Shown here: positions 27,750-39,327 of the stretch, piece by piece
Numbering within the stretch: position 1 is the first letter of the stretch
Layout of the letters: every line of letters starts with the position of its first letter
NCBI GenBank assembly: GCA_964187785.1
Contig: OZ076413.1
Location: 43,774,001-43,838,000, forward strand
From: Amphiscolops sp. MND2022
Taxonomy: Eukaryota
Direction: 5' to 3'
DNA length: 64,000 nucleotides
Position numbers and translations under genes: made by a program
The notes under the pieces: model-generated
Told to the model about the DNA's origin: nothing
Seen by the model: only the letters and a program-made list of their open reading frames with translations
The model's database searches: none

Positions 27750-27834
27750 TGGCAAAAGATATTTGCATTCACCGCGTGCCTTAGCCAGAGCAGAGCTGCT
27801 AGAGGTACCCGGAGAATACGAGTCACTAGTGCCA
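27750..27834 (-). ncRNA. mir-124: microRNA precursor hairpin, miR-124 family (mature 3p 27783-27762; star/5p arm about 27820-27799)
   Basis: Minus strand reads TAAGGCACGCGGTGAATGC(AAA). The first 19 nt are identical to conserved bilaterian miR-124-3p. The upstream arm CGTATTCTCCGGGTACCTCTAGC pairs with it (G:U pairs, a few mismatches, one bulge) and resembles miR-124-5p. A basal TGGCA/TGCCA stem closes the hairpin. Confidence 0.93.
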
Positions 27835-30800
27835 AAGTTATCCACCCTTTCCTTTTAAGGAAATGAAAAGCTAGCGAAACTGCAACTAAAATTAAAAGTA
27901 CAGATATTGCTTGAGACGAATGTCAGTAAAGATTACTTACGATGCAAAATTGAGGATGTCTTGTCAAAAGTGACGTTTTCTGATTAAAATTATAATTAAA
28001 AAAGGACACAATGTGAAGCAAGGAAATAGATGAGGAAGAGAGGGATGAAAAATGTTTTACAAAAGTATTAGGAGGGAAAACTTACCCAACATAGAAGGTA
28101 ACCTCTGCGTCGTTTTCTTCTTTAGTGGTGCGTTTGCTCCAGAATTGCTGTTCGCAAGTGACTGACCCGGAATAAAAATAGAAAGCAATTTGAATAAAAA
28201 ACGTTTCTTAAAGTTCCATCACTTTTTTCTCCAAGAAATCAAGCTGAACAAAAGAATCACCTCCGCTTCATTTTTCAGTCACACTTGCCTTATATGGACC
28301 TAATAATAACAACGGAAACTAATAAGTTAAAATCAGCTGTGACTCATTTCAATACAAAAATGAATGAATTGGCTGATAACAAAAGAAGTAAATTTTTGTG
28401 TTTTTTTACCTGAGAGCAAAATAAATGACATTTTAAAGCGTGCACTGTCCCGGAGCCAGTGGTTTTAGTTTAGAGGGGATCCATAATTGATGAACTCCAT
28501 GCATTTGTATGGTAAAGTAGCGAAGGTAATAATTTTGTTCAATAAACAAGAAGCGCTTGCTCTGTATATTTGCCATTTTGTCATGCTCAATTTACAGATA
28601 TTTACAAATGAAATTGTGCAGAAAGTCGTTCCGTTCAACCTGCAGCGAAATTTATATAATATTCGACCGCTCATCGCTTAAAAACCAAATACGATGCAGT
28701 TTTTTTGTTCTAAAAATTTCTCCACATAAAGTAATTTTGCATATTTATCAAGTTAATTGAGAAAATTTTTTGCGTTTTTATCGTTTTTGTAAAAGACAAG
28801 GTAAACAGCTTAGTTATCTCATTTATTAAAATTTACCAGAGAAAGTTTTTTGTTACTGATAAGTAAATGAGTGTGTTAGCTATGTGAATGACAGGGTTTT
28901 TTGGAAAAAAACACTTGTTTTTATCAAGACTAGTGCTGAGAAAATATTCAGCTGCTATGGAAAGGTGAAGCAGTTCTAAGGAGTGAATGGTAATCTGGAA
29001 TAACCATCAATCAGATTTGATGACAGTTCAAGTGACAGGCAAAAGTATCCACGTAACAAGAGATCTCAGCCACGGCCATCTAAATTCATTGACGTGCCCC
29101 CGGAAAAAAAGAATGTGGAATATTAGTCTCACATTCATTTTAAAACCAGAGAAGCAGAAAAATAAATACCAATTTTCATTCAATGAATACAACCTCATTG
29201 CCTATTCCATGAGCTCTTCAATTCTATTGGTCGCCCGATCTCTTCTCTGAGTTTTGATGGTGTAATGATTACGTTAGACAGTTTTTGATCTCGGTCGACC
29301 AATGACAATTGAAATCAGATCGATATTTTAATCGTTGCTAATATTAGTCGGGTTTTTTAGCGAACTCTGATGATTGTCTTGTTGCAAGAGGAAGTAAATG
29401 TGAAATTTTCAATCGAATTAATCTGGATTTTGCAACCGATGGGAAGAGCAAATACGTTGGTATAAAGCAGTCACATATGATTTATTTATTATCGCTACAA
29501 ATCCCTAGGGTTATCTTATATAGACATACCCCCAAAACCAATTCCTCTGTGAGTTGGAAAAATGAAATGAGGAAATTTTGCAAAATTGATCTTCCAAGGA
29601 ATTTTTCACGGTAATTGACATCGAATGTTACAATAGACAAAAAGCTGTAATTTTTCGGGGTTTAATTCGGGGTTTAAATGAACGCCATGCTGAAAAAAGG
29701 AAAAGAAATGAAATATTTTTCATTTTTTACCCTTAGTTGAAATGCGTGACGAAGTCCGGTGTATATTCCCCCAAAAGTTGCTTTCATGTTCAATTTTGGA
29801 AATCGTTTCATTTATTTCATTTTCAAGGAACGATACATGAAAAATGAAGAATTTTTATAAACGGCGTTGAGAAAAAGTAAAAACCAAAAGGAGCAGAATG
29901 ACCAAAATCTGGAACCAATTTTTTAACTGATATTTCTAAAACCGCCAATAAATGAATTTTTGAATTTTCAAACATGATTTTCGGGTTTTTTGCGGTTTTC
30001 AGTATAAAAAATAAGTGGTTGCGGTGATAGTTGCACGACCGCGTTAAAGTGACAAATTTGGTCTTTTCATGAGTGGAGATGCGCTGATGCGGAATGAACA
30101 GAGGCAAATGAAAATTGAAAAAAAATGCGGTGTACGTAATTTTAAGTCACGTAAATTGACTTTTACCCGTATGTCCCGTCCCGTTTGCAACTGTAATAGT
30201 AACAGGTACACAGTGCGTGGTCTCGCGCGTTAATCTATTTGAGCTGCTTCTAGGCAAAACGGAGGAGACGGCTATGGAGCAACAAGACCAGCGAAAAATA
30301 AGACAAAAGTAATATTTCAGATCGCGAATACCTCTATCTCAACTAGTGCTACTATACTAGTAAAGGCTCTATTTTTTCTTAGCGTGTTTCTTGTTCTTAG
30401 ACAGTTGGTTGCCTTGGATAGAACATAGTTCTTGTTCTGTATTTATGTATGTAACATGTATGTACATGGATGTAGCATCGATGTATGTTAGAATGTGTGC
30501 GTTTATAGAATATGCTTTGGTCCCAAATGCGAATTAAAGATTAGATTAAGCTGCTCGCACAGCGGTGACCCGCACACAAAAAGGCTTTCAGGTATTTGGG
30601 ATATAGCGGGATAAATGCGAAGCGAGATAGGGATAAAAATGACAGAGCGACTAAAATTACTAATTCCATACAATGCCACAGCTTCATTTGATTTAAAGTA
30701 GGTTTTCCAAAGGTCCATTTTATTCATTTGCTGGTGCATCAAACAGGAGACCACGCACACAGGGTGAAAACGGGGGAAAAGAAGAGAAAAAATGGAAATA

Positions 30801-31898
30801 AGGGGGTGAAGAGGTTGCAAGGTGGAAAGACGGACGGACGGATGGATGGATGGATGGATGGTTGCATTAAAGCAACTCTATTTCAATTATATTCGGCATA
30901 GGTGCGGTATATACCCTTTCACTTTTTACCCCTTTTCACCCCCTCTATTCCCTATTCTCAATGCTCGCCCCGGCGATCAATACCGATTAATTCTACCTGG
31001 CACGCAAAATGCGCAAGTGCTAATGAACTCAACGTCACGTTGCTGTGTCACTTCAATTAAAATCAATTCGCCGAATGGCAAAAGGAACAAAATTGATATA
31101 TTTCAACAAAATGGGCAAATTTACAGTATTTTTTCAAATACAGTTACATGTCTCTTTTCCTGTCCATTTTCGATAACATGGAATATTGAAAGTTGGTTTT
31201 TATTTTTTTTTCATCAAAATTTTTCAAACTTGAACCAAATTTGATTCACGGAATGAAAAAGCCGAAATTATCGTAAACATAATCTAAAGTTTAAAAACAA
31301 AGGGTTTAAAACAAATATTCGAAGCAACTTACTTGAAGCGTTGACGAAAACTGACTGCTTTCGTCAGGAATTATTGGCTCACTTCGATTGGAAAAAAGGA
31401 AACGATTGAAAAATTGACTGATTCAAGGTTTCCATTTTCAACTTGCAACCTTTTTCACGCAATTAGAAGATCAAAAATGGCTGTCATTTATATAAGGTGA
31501 AGGCGGAAATCTCATTTAGGTAAGAAAGTGCAGTTTCTTCGGACGTGAAAAAGGCGGAGAAGGAAAGAAGCAAAAAAAAGTGGAGGAAAAGTGAGTTTGG
31601 ACTTGTGGAAATTTGGTTGATGGAGAAATAAAAAGTAGGAAGAGGGGCGGTAGTCGAAAGGATGGTTGATTAGAGGAGTAGGAAGGAAATTTGGGGAAGA
31701 GGCAGGAAAAATTGAAAGAAATTAGGAAAATGAGGAGGAAAATAAGGAAAAATGAGATAGAAAAGAAAGTTGGTTGGCAGGGAATGGTGGTCGAACAGAA
31801 AAGAAAGAGGCAAAGAAGCAAAGAAACAGAGCAGAAGAAAGAAGCGAAGAAATTGTGGGGGTAGAGAGGAAAAAGCGGGAAAAGAGTTGCTGCTGCTG

Positions 31899-31961
31899 TG
31901 GATGGATGGATGGATGGATGGAGGTATAGATGGAGGGATAGATGAGGGATGGATGGATGGA
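31899..31961. repeat. (GGAT)n microsatellite; a second tract lies at 30839-30860
   Basis: Seen directly. Confidence 0.85.
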
Positions 31962-34900
31962 ATAGTCGACTGACGGGGAGAGAATCTCAAAGTGAGAGTG
32001 ACAAGGAAAAATAGCGGGAAAGTCTGCGGAGGTAGATGGATGTAGACGCCAAGCAGGGATTTGACAGGACAATTTAAAACAGGACAGCGCACGCAAAGCG
32101 AATAGAAAAACTGGATTTTAATGTGAATGGAAATAATCAGCACAAGAAAAAAGGAAAAAAGGGAAAAAGAAAAAGGAAATGACGTGTAGAAGTGAATGAG
32201 GAAGTGAGGCTATTACATACCGTACCCCTCACTGTACTACCCCTAGCTTAGGTTGGGGTAGGTATATGAGGCAAGGAGGAGGTATAGTATTAAGGTATAT
32301 AGGTACCAATCCCGTCTCTGCTGTCCCCGCTATACAGAAAAACTACTGGAGTACCTTCCTCCTTATTACTATCACTTCTACAGAGCCCATAACTCACGTT
32401 ATTCTACAACTATCACTACTACTCTTTATATTTATTGTATAGTTCAATTGACAACAGAAAGAGGGGGAAAACAGAAAGTGAAGTAAAAAAAAAGAAGGAA
32501 AGAAAGAAAAATCTGTGACGATTGTGGTTTGTTGGTCTGAGTTGAGTTGTGTACGTCATATGTGTACTTACAGCATTTCCTGGCTGGTACGCAAATGGGC
32601 AGGAAATGGGAAAAGGAAGAGAGCGTCGATAGAATAATTAGATGGAAAAAAGAGCGGGAAGTTGATACAAGAGAAGGGGTAGGCAGGCAGGCAGGCAGGC
32701 AGTGCGGGCACCATTAGACGGACACTTGTACCTCATATCAACGTACATGCAAATGGGTTGCACTGGCCAGGAGATAAGACATTAGGCGAGGGGGTGATAG
32801 GAAATTTAAAGGAAAAAAATTTTAAATGTAAGACAGACAGTAGGTTGGTGGGGTAGGTATGAAAAGGACTTATAGGTTGGTATGTATGAAATACAGACCG
32901 AGGGTGTATGAGCGAATTTATAAGGTTTAGGGTACAGAGTATGGATAATGTAGAGGAAATCGGCAGGGCAAGGGTTAATAGCTCGAAATATACACTGGGG
33001 AAAATGGACATTGTTGGACATGTTAACGTACGAGGTGGAGGGAGGGAAAATTTGATTATATGAGTGTTTTTATTGAAGAAACAAATCGAACGAAGGTAGT
33101 GGTCGTGGTGGTATAGTTGGCAATTATAGCTGTAGCAGTGCTACTATCGAATTTGGTTGAACCAAGTAAGACAAATGGAAAATAAGATGCAAAAAACAAG
33201 GGGATCGGAATTGGAGGGAGGGGGATTGAACGGGTCCTGATATTTGAGGGGGAACGGGGTTGAGTACAACATCATTAATTAGGACAGAGTGTGGATAACG
33301 GCAGCCAAGTCCTACTAAAAACTCATAGTATATGAAAAAACTACGAAATTGTATTAAAAATACAGAGAAACGTGATTTTCGGGAGAAACTGTTTTGATTT
33401 TTGGAAACTAACTGAATTCGAAAAGCAGCCAGATTTGAATTCACAATGGTTCTCCAGTATAAAAAATTTAAGTGTAGTGAAAATCTAGTTGCTAAAGGTT
33501 TAAATTTTTTTCTGAATCTCATATTTCGGAAGTCCTAATCAACAAAGAACAGCATCGAACTTAGAATTTTGAGATCAACCATTTCTGAAAAAAGTGTCAT
33601 TCCTTCCCAGATTGATAAGCCAGGAAAACCCATTGGCTAGCACCGTTTTTTCCTTCACATTTCCACCAGTGGAGACAGCGGAGACCATGTCACAACTCAT
33701 TTCGAAGTAGCACAATATACATATAATGAAATTTAAGGACAAAGTTAGAAAGAAGTAGTGTTCAGGCTAATATATAATTGATAAAAGTTTTTCAACAAAC
33801 AATTCAACATTGCTAAAAATGTTTACAAAGAAGATATGTTTCGAAGACTTGAGAAAGTGTCTTTATCTATCTAGTGTCTTTTTCCACTTTCAAGAGAAAA
33901 CATCTTTTGCAAGGTGGTATTGACTTCTCAAAAAAATACACAACTATTTCTACATTGCCTCAAACAAACAACCGCCCCTCCCCCAACCCAAAAAAATTAA
34001 AAAATTCTTTGCAAGTACACTCAAAAAACGTATTTTGCTAGCATATATTTCGTGGTCCCGTTTTGTTTTGCAACCTGAATATAGTGAGGCAGAAAAGTTT
34101 GATAAAAAATTAATGAGTTAGTGAAATAATAAAGAAAAAGCGAATGGTACCTTGAAACAGACAGGAGTTATTTGAGAAGAGTGACTGCTGCCGCGCTGAT
34201 TGCGCGCTGACTGACGACTGATTGATAGAGGGAAGACGAACTTAATGGAGAGAGAGGGAAAGAAAAAGAAGAAAAAAAACAAGGAAAGGGAGGCTGACTA
34301 GATAGGCAGGAAAGTAGGGGCAGTGTACGGGATTGGGGATAGGATGGAGAATGGGGATAAGGGTAGGATGAATGGATTGAGGAGGGAAGAAACAGCGAAT
34401 GGAATAAAAACAAGAATAGGGGCAGAGTAAAACAGTATTGCTTGCCTAATTATCCCCATAACAATTACGTCACAATTACGTCACTCTCTCAATCGCTATG
34501 TCTGTCAGGGTATACTGCTTGAAAGCTCCCTCTCTCAAAAATTCTGATAGCATCCCACCTAACTACTACAACTTATACCCCCACGCCTCAAAACTGTCTG
34601 CAGATCTATCTCGTTTTCCCGTCATTCTCGTCCTTATCCTTATCTACGGGACATTTGCATCCCTATATGACAAACGAACGACGATCATATGGATAATGAG
34701 ATTTGTTCTCATTATATCTATAGGCATACCAATTCCCAGTATATACTATATCCCAATTTTTCCTTGAAGTGTACTCAAGAAGATAACCACAGGGCATCAA
34801 TGCACCCCCCTCTCTTTGATTCATTTCTCCCCCTCTTTCGGAAAACTTCCTTGTGCGCGAAAATACGCTCACGCTCTTCTAGTTACATGTCAAACCGTCA

Positions 34901-37900
34901 GGCATTTTACCCAAATTTTTTAGACATTTTGCCCATTTTTACCTCCGCCTTTTCCAATCCAATTTCCCCATCCCCCTTCCTTTTTATCCTCATTAATTCC
35001 AAGCTGCTTAGATTTGGCAGCACGCCACACGTGCAGACAGCAGCCGCCCTGTACCTATCAACCCATTATTGTGACGTAATATTACGTAATTACATGCACG
35101 TATAGAGACTTACAAAAAGTGCTCCAGATTTAAGGCAAAATAATTAGCACCTTAACTTGTTATAAGGATCTCATCCCATCCATATTAACATAGTAATTGC
35201 ATCCTGTGGTTTTCACATCAATTTTGAGGATTTAAGCCCCCTCACAATGATGCAAGTATCTTGGATGTCAGCAGCAGCTAAAGCGTGCGCTACGCGTGCT
35301 GCTAATTAGCCCTTTTGTTTTCCTCTTTTTATATACTTTTTAATCTTACCTTGTTATCGGTCCTTTTAACACAATTTTCCGCAACTTTTTAAGAAGAAGC
35401 TAATTATTAATCGTTTAATCATCTCGACCACAAAATAGGTCATTTGCTCTGACCAATTTTACATGAACCAATTAATTTGATTTTGAGGTTGAAAAAAAGC
35501 TAAATTGATTCATTGATGCTTTTTTACGTGGAAAATACTTGAAAATTGCAGATAGAAATGCTGGATTTAAAAATTGATTTGAAATACCAAGTTTTATAAT
35601 AATAAAAATACTTTTTCGCAAATTTTATTCTGGAATTTGAGCACTGTCATTTTGGGGCAAAAACCACGAACATAGTTGATTTATTTTGCATGTAATTGAA
35701 TGATACGTTTTTACTGGAAATTTATGCAACTGCTTGAAAAGTTCATTCATTCTCCTGTCAGTTTTGTCAATCAAAAGTAAATCTTTTATTTCCCAAGACG
35801 AGTGTTTTTTTTGAGTTTGTTTTTACAAATCTAATTATTTTAAACATTTTTGATTAATATGAACTGAGTATTAGAGTGAACTTTAATGCTTTCCATAATG
35901 AAATAATTTGCGACCATCGAGGAAATAAAAGGTTGGATGGTATAAAGTGCTATAATCCGATGAGCCGGGAAATTTGGCGTAGAGGGAAATGGAAAATGAT
36001 ATGCATCCTGCTTTTGAGGGGTGGAGAAACTCGACACAAGGAAGTTTCGATTGATTTCTGGCCCTAGGGAGTCAATTAAAGAAGTAAGAAAAGTACAATC
36101 CTCCTCTCTGTAATTCCCGCCCTTTATTAACCATCAACTGGTTTCTTTCTTTAACGCATAAAGGCTTCTGGGAATCAATTTAATGCAGATAAATTCCCAA
36201 TTTGTGCCCATATTTTCTCCTCTCTTTCTCAATGAAATGCTATAGCATCCAGGAAATACATCTGGGAAGCTTTACACCGAATTCTTAAATTGAGCAAGGC
36301 ATTTGTTCAAATTAGACCCAATCAATGGAAAACAAGCTGAAAAGTCACAAAAGGTTTGAAAAAGTATGAAAACATATTTTGTTCACTTTTTCAGATTAAC
36401 CCAGATCGTACAATGATGGCTGAGGTCATTATCAGTTCCTCTAATTGTTAGGATGGAGTGTTAATAATGGCAGCTAAAGCAACTCTTTTGCCATTTTGTA
36501 CAAATTATGTTACCATAGCAACTTGAAACTCGATAAATCATTGATGAACTATAAATGAAATTACCATAAAATAATTTATCTGGAAATACATCATATGATG
36601 ACCAAAAAATTTTTTTATTGACCTTTTGGAAAAATGGATACAATTTTTATGGATTCGCCAATAACACTTAGATTAAAATGCATAATGCAAATTAGTTTAG
36701 TTATTAGATGGTAATAACTGGGTATATAATTTAGTTATTAGATGGTTATTGAGGATTTCTGTTAAAAAGGTGAATATAATAAAGTTATTTGCAATAAATA
36801 AACTTGCAGTTCTTTTCCACATTGTTAGTTTTTGTATAATGTTATTCAATGTATCAATACATGATTTTTGAAAAATGATCGTTTAACCATTTGGTTGTTC
36901 AATTTCCAAAAAAATGGCTGGTTCGGACTCTCTCATTGAGGGAAAAGTTGTAAAATTTTTCTTCCCGCAAACATTGAAATTGAAAAAAATAGATTTGAAT
37001 TTATCACCAACGCTCTTTTAAAGTTTAATTTTTTAAAAATTTATGTTTAGGTTTGATATATGTGTAGTACATAGTTCTCTATTTTCGGAAGAAGGATAAT
37101 ACTCAAAATTCACATCTAGCCAGAGTAATTTTCCAAGTACATGTTCTTTTTTGAAGCAAGTCGTAATAGCATTTTTTGCCGCAAAACTGTTTAATTTTTA
37201 AAATTAAACTTTCATGTTCAGTCTTATCCATGAGACCTTCTGCCGATATTCGATACAATGAAAGCTTTGGTAGAAAAACTTTCGTCAGAACAATTGACAG
37301 CTGTTGCAAAATTTTGGTTTCATTTTGATCTGTTTCAACTTTTTTAACTTTTAACATGAAGAAAACTGACATTTTCCAAATAAACTGACAGGAAAACAAT
37401 TTATGATTGTTTCGTTCCCTCTCGTTTTATTGAAAGTTCAATTTATCCAGGCTCAGTTTTATTTGGCAACCATTTCGGATGCTCCAAAACTAATGGATCT
37501 AGACTCGAGATTTTGAGGAATTAAAAAAATAAAAAATGAAGTTATTAAGATGATCAACTAAATAAAAATGGTGAGAAAAATGCGCATTTTAAGGATCCAA
37601 TAAAATACATTCTGATCATATTTTTTTAGACCAGCAGAAATTTTTAGCTAGCGACGCAACACAAACTTAGTGTCCGTCTTTAGGACAAAATTTACCTTTC
37701 ATTAGGCTTACGTTTCTGTGGATAGTTTGTGGATGATAGAGTGGGATAGTAAAACGTTTTTGGATCTGGAGGTCTTCGTCTTGATTCCCTATGTTGGCAT
37801 TTACAAGACTTCTGGATAAATGATATCGACTTCCATCGTGAGCTACCCTTGACACTGCTTTGAAAACATAGTACGTCCCAAAACCCTCGACAAACTTGAG

Positions 37901-38428
37901 ATAAAACCAGACCGCTACGAAAATAGGAAGGAAAAATACTAAAACTTGTAGAGCGTTTCTTTTCCCCTTTTCACGTGATTTTGCGCTTTGCTTCGCGTTA
38001 TTCTATAAAAAGTTTTTTTTTAAATTTCGGTAGGGTTTAATGGATCGATTCCAAAAATGAAATTGTTTAATTCTCAAACCAATTAATTAGTATAGTCTTC
38101 CAGTTATTGTCAATTGCCGTTGATTCACACGTTTAAAGCGCCAGTGTGAAAATAAGCGTAAGTGACGTCATTCCAGAAAATTGGAGCAAACGTCAGCAAA
38201 TCTAAATTTTGCCGAGTTTTCTCTGATTAGCCACCGATTCCATCTATCACCGATGTACGTGATTACTGAAAATAGTTTACAGACAAACTGTTTAAAGACG
38301 AAAACGCACAGGGACCGCCAATATCTGCTGCGTTATGGGATCGATTATGCTGCTAAAAAACGGGAACTCTGCTTTTTACTGCTTTACTAGAAGAAAGGGC
38401 TTTAAAAGTTTGAATTTTACGTCAAATC

Positions 38429-39150
38429 TCAAAAAGTGTTATTAACGTCAGCATAATTCAAATCTTTCAAGAAAGAGTCAGACATATTTTGTCGTTGAGG
38501 ACCCTCAATCAATTTCAGTTTGTTGAAGCTTGGTTCCACATGACAACTCAAAGGTTGTATCCATATGCACTTTCGAGCAATTTTTCTCAATTTCGGAAGA
38601 TCGCCCACCTCGGCCCAGTACTTCACGATGTCAAAAAGATCATTTTCGCTGGCAGTTATCGAACTCTATTGGGATTTGTTCTCGCTGGGTCTCTGAAAAC
38701 GACTCAGTTAAAAGCGACCGCTTTACACAATCATAAGTGCACTGTCAAAAGCGCTCCAAAACAAAGCGCTGTTTCCGAGCTCATTTCACAGCCTCAAACT
38801 AAAGCTAATTAAAGGTGTTCAAAGAACATAATAATTCACTGGTAATGACATGTTTGACAAGTTCAGACCTAAGAAATTCCAATTAAAAACAACTTAATTT
38901 TCCAATTTTGGCTTTTCTGAACAAATCGAATTAACTTTAATGAAGCTATTTGTCAATCCACTTTTAAAAAGGAAAATTTGATGACAAATATTCAACTGGT
39001 GCGAGGAACTTGAAGATGGCGATGAAGCACATATGAGCAAATCCTGTTTGATTGGGGCGCTGTTGGCTGTGTATAATAAACGCTTTTGATTGAGGCTTTT
39101 TAGCCTTGGGCGCTTTTGTCTGGTAACCATGAACACGGACGAACGCACCC
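38429..39150 (-). pseudogene. hAT transposase remnant (C-terminal dimerisation domain at 38429-38626)
   Basis: YWAEVGDLPKLRKIARKCIWIQPLSCHVEPSFNKLKLIEGPQRQNMSD matches the hAT dimerisation pattern W...P.L..IA...L.IP.SS..VERSFS......R..L. The upstream extent is uncertain. Confidence 0.65.
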
Positions 39151-39267
39151 ACCGAAGATCACAGAATGCATAATTTGAGCTAAAAGTAACATTTAAAGGC
39201 CTGGTTCTTTGGTAAAACGTTCAGTTTTCGATTTATCCTTTTGGAAATTCGATCATTATAATTCCAA

Positions 39268-39327
39268 GCTCAAATGATATCGCTTGCGAAAAACCTATAG
39301 GTTTTTCGCAAGCGATATCATTTGAGC
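39268..39327. repeat. Perfect 60-bp palindrome with no spacer
   Basis: GCTCAAATGATATCGCTTGCGAAAAACCTA|TAGGTTTTTCGCAAGCGATATCATTTGAGC. Confidence 0.97.

Noticed and set aside
28926..28940. AAGACTAGTG resembling part of miR-7
   Set aside because: Lacks the 5' TGG of the seed and shows no hairpin partner.
31516..32143. Overlapping F/S/P/L-rich ORFs of 100-157 aa
   Set aside because: They arise from stop-poor purine/pyrimidine-biased and (GGAT)n sequence; no domain features.
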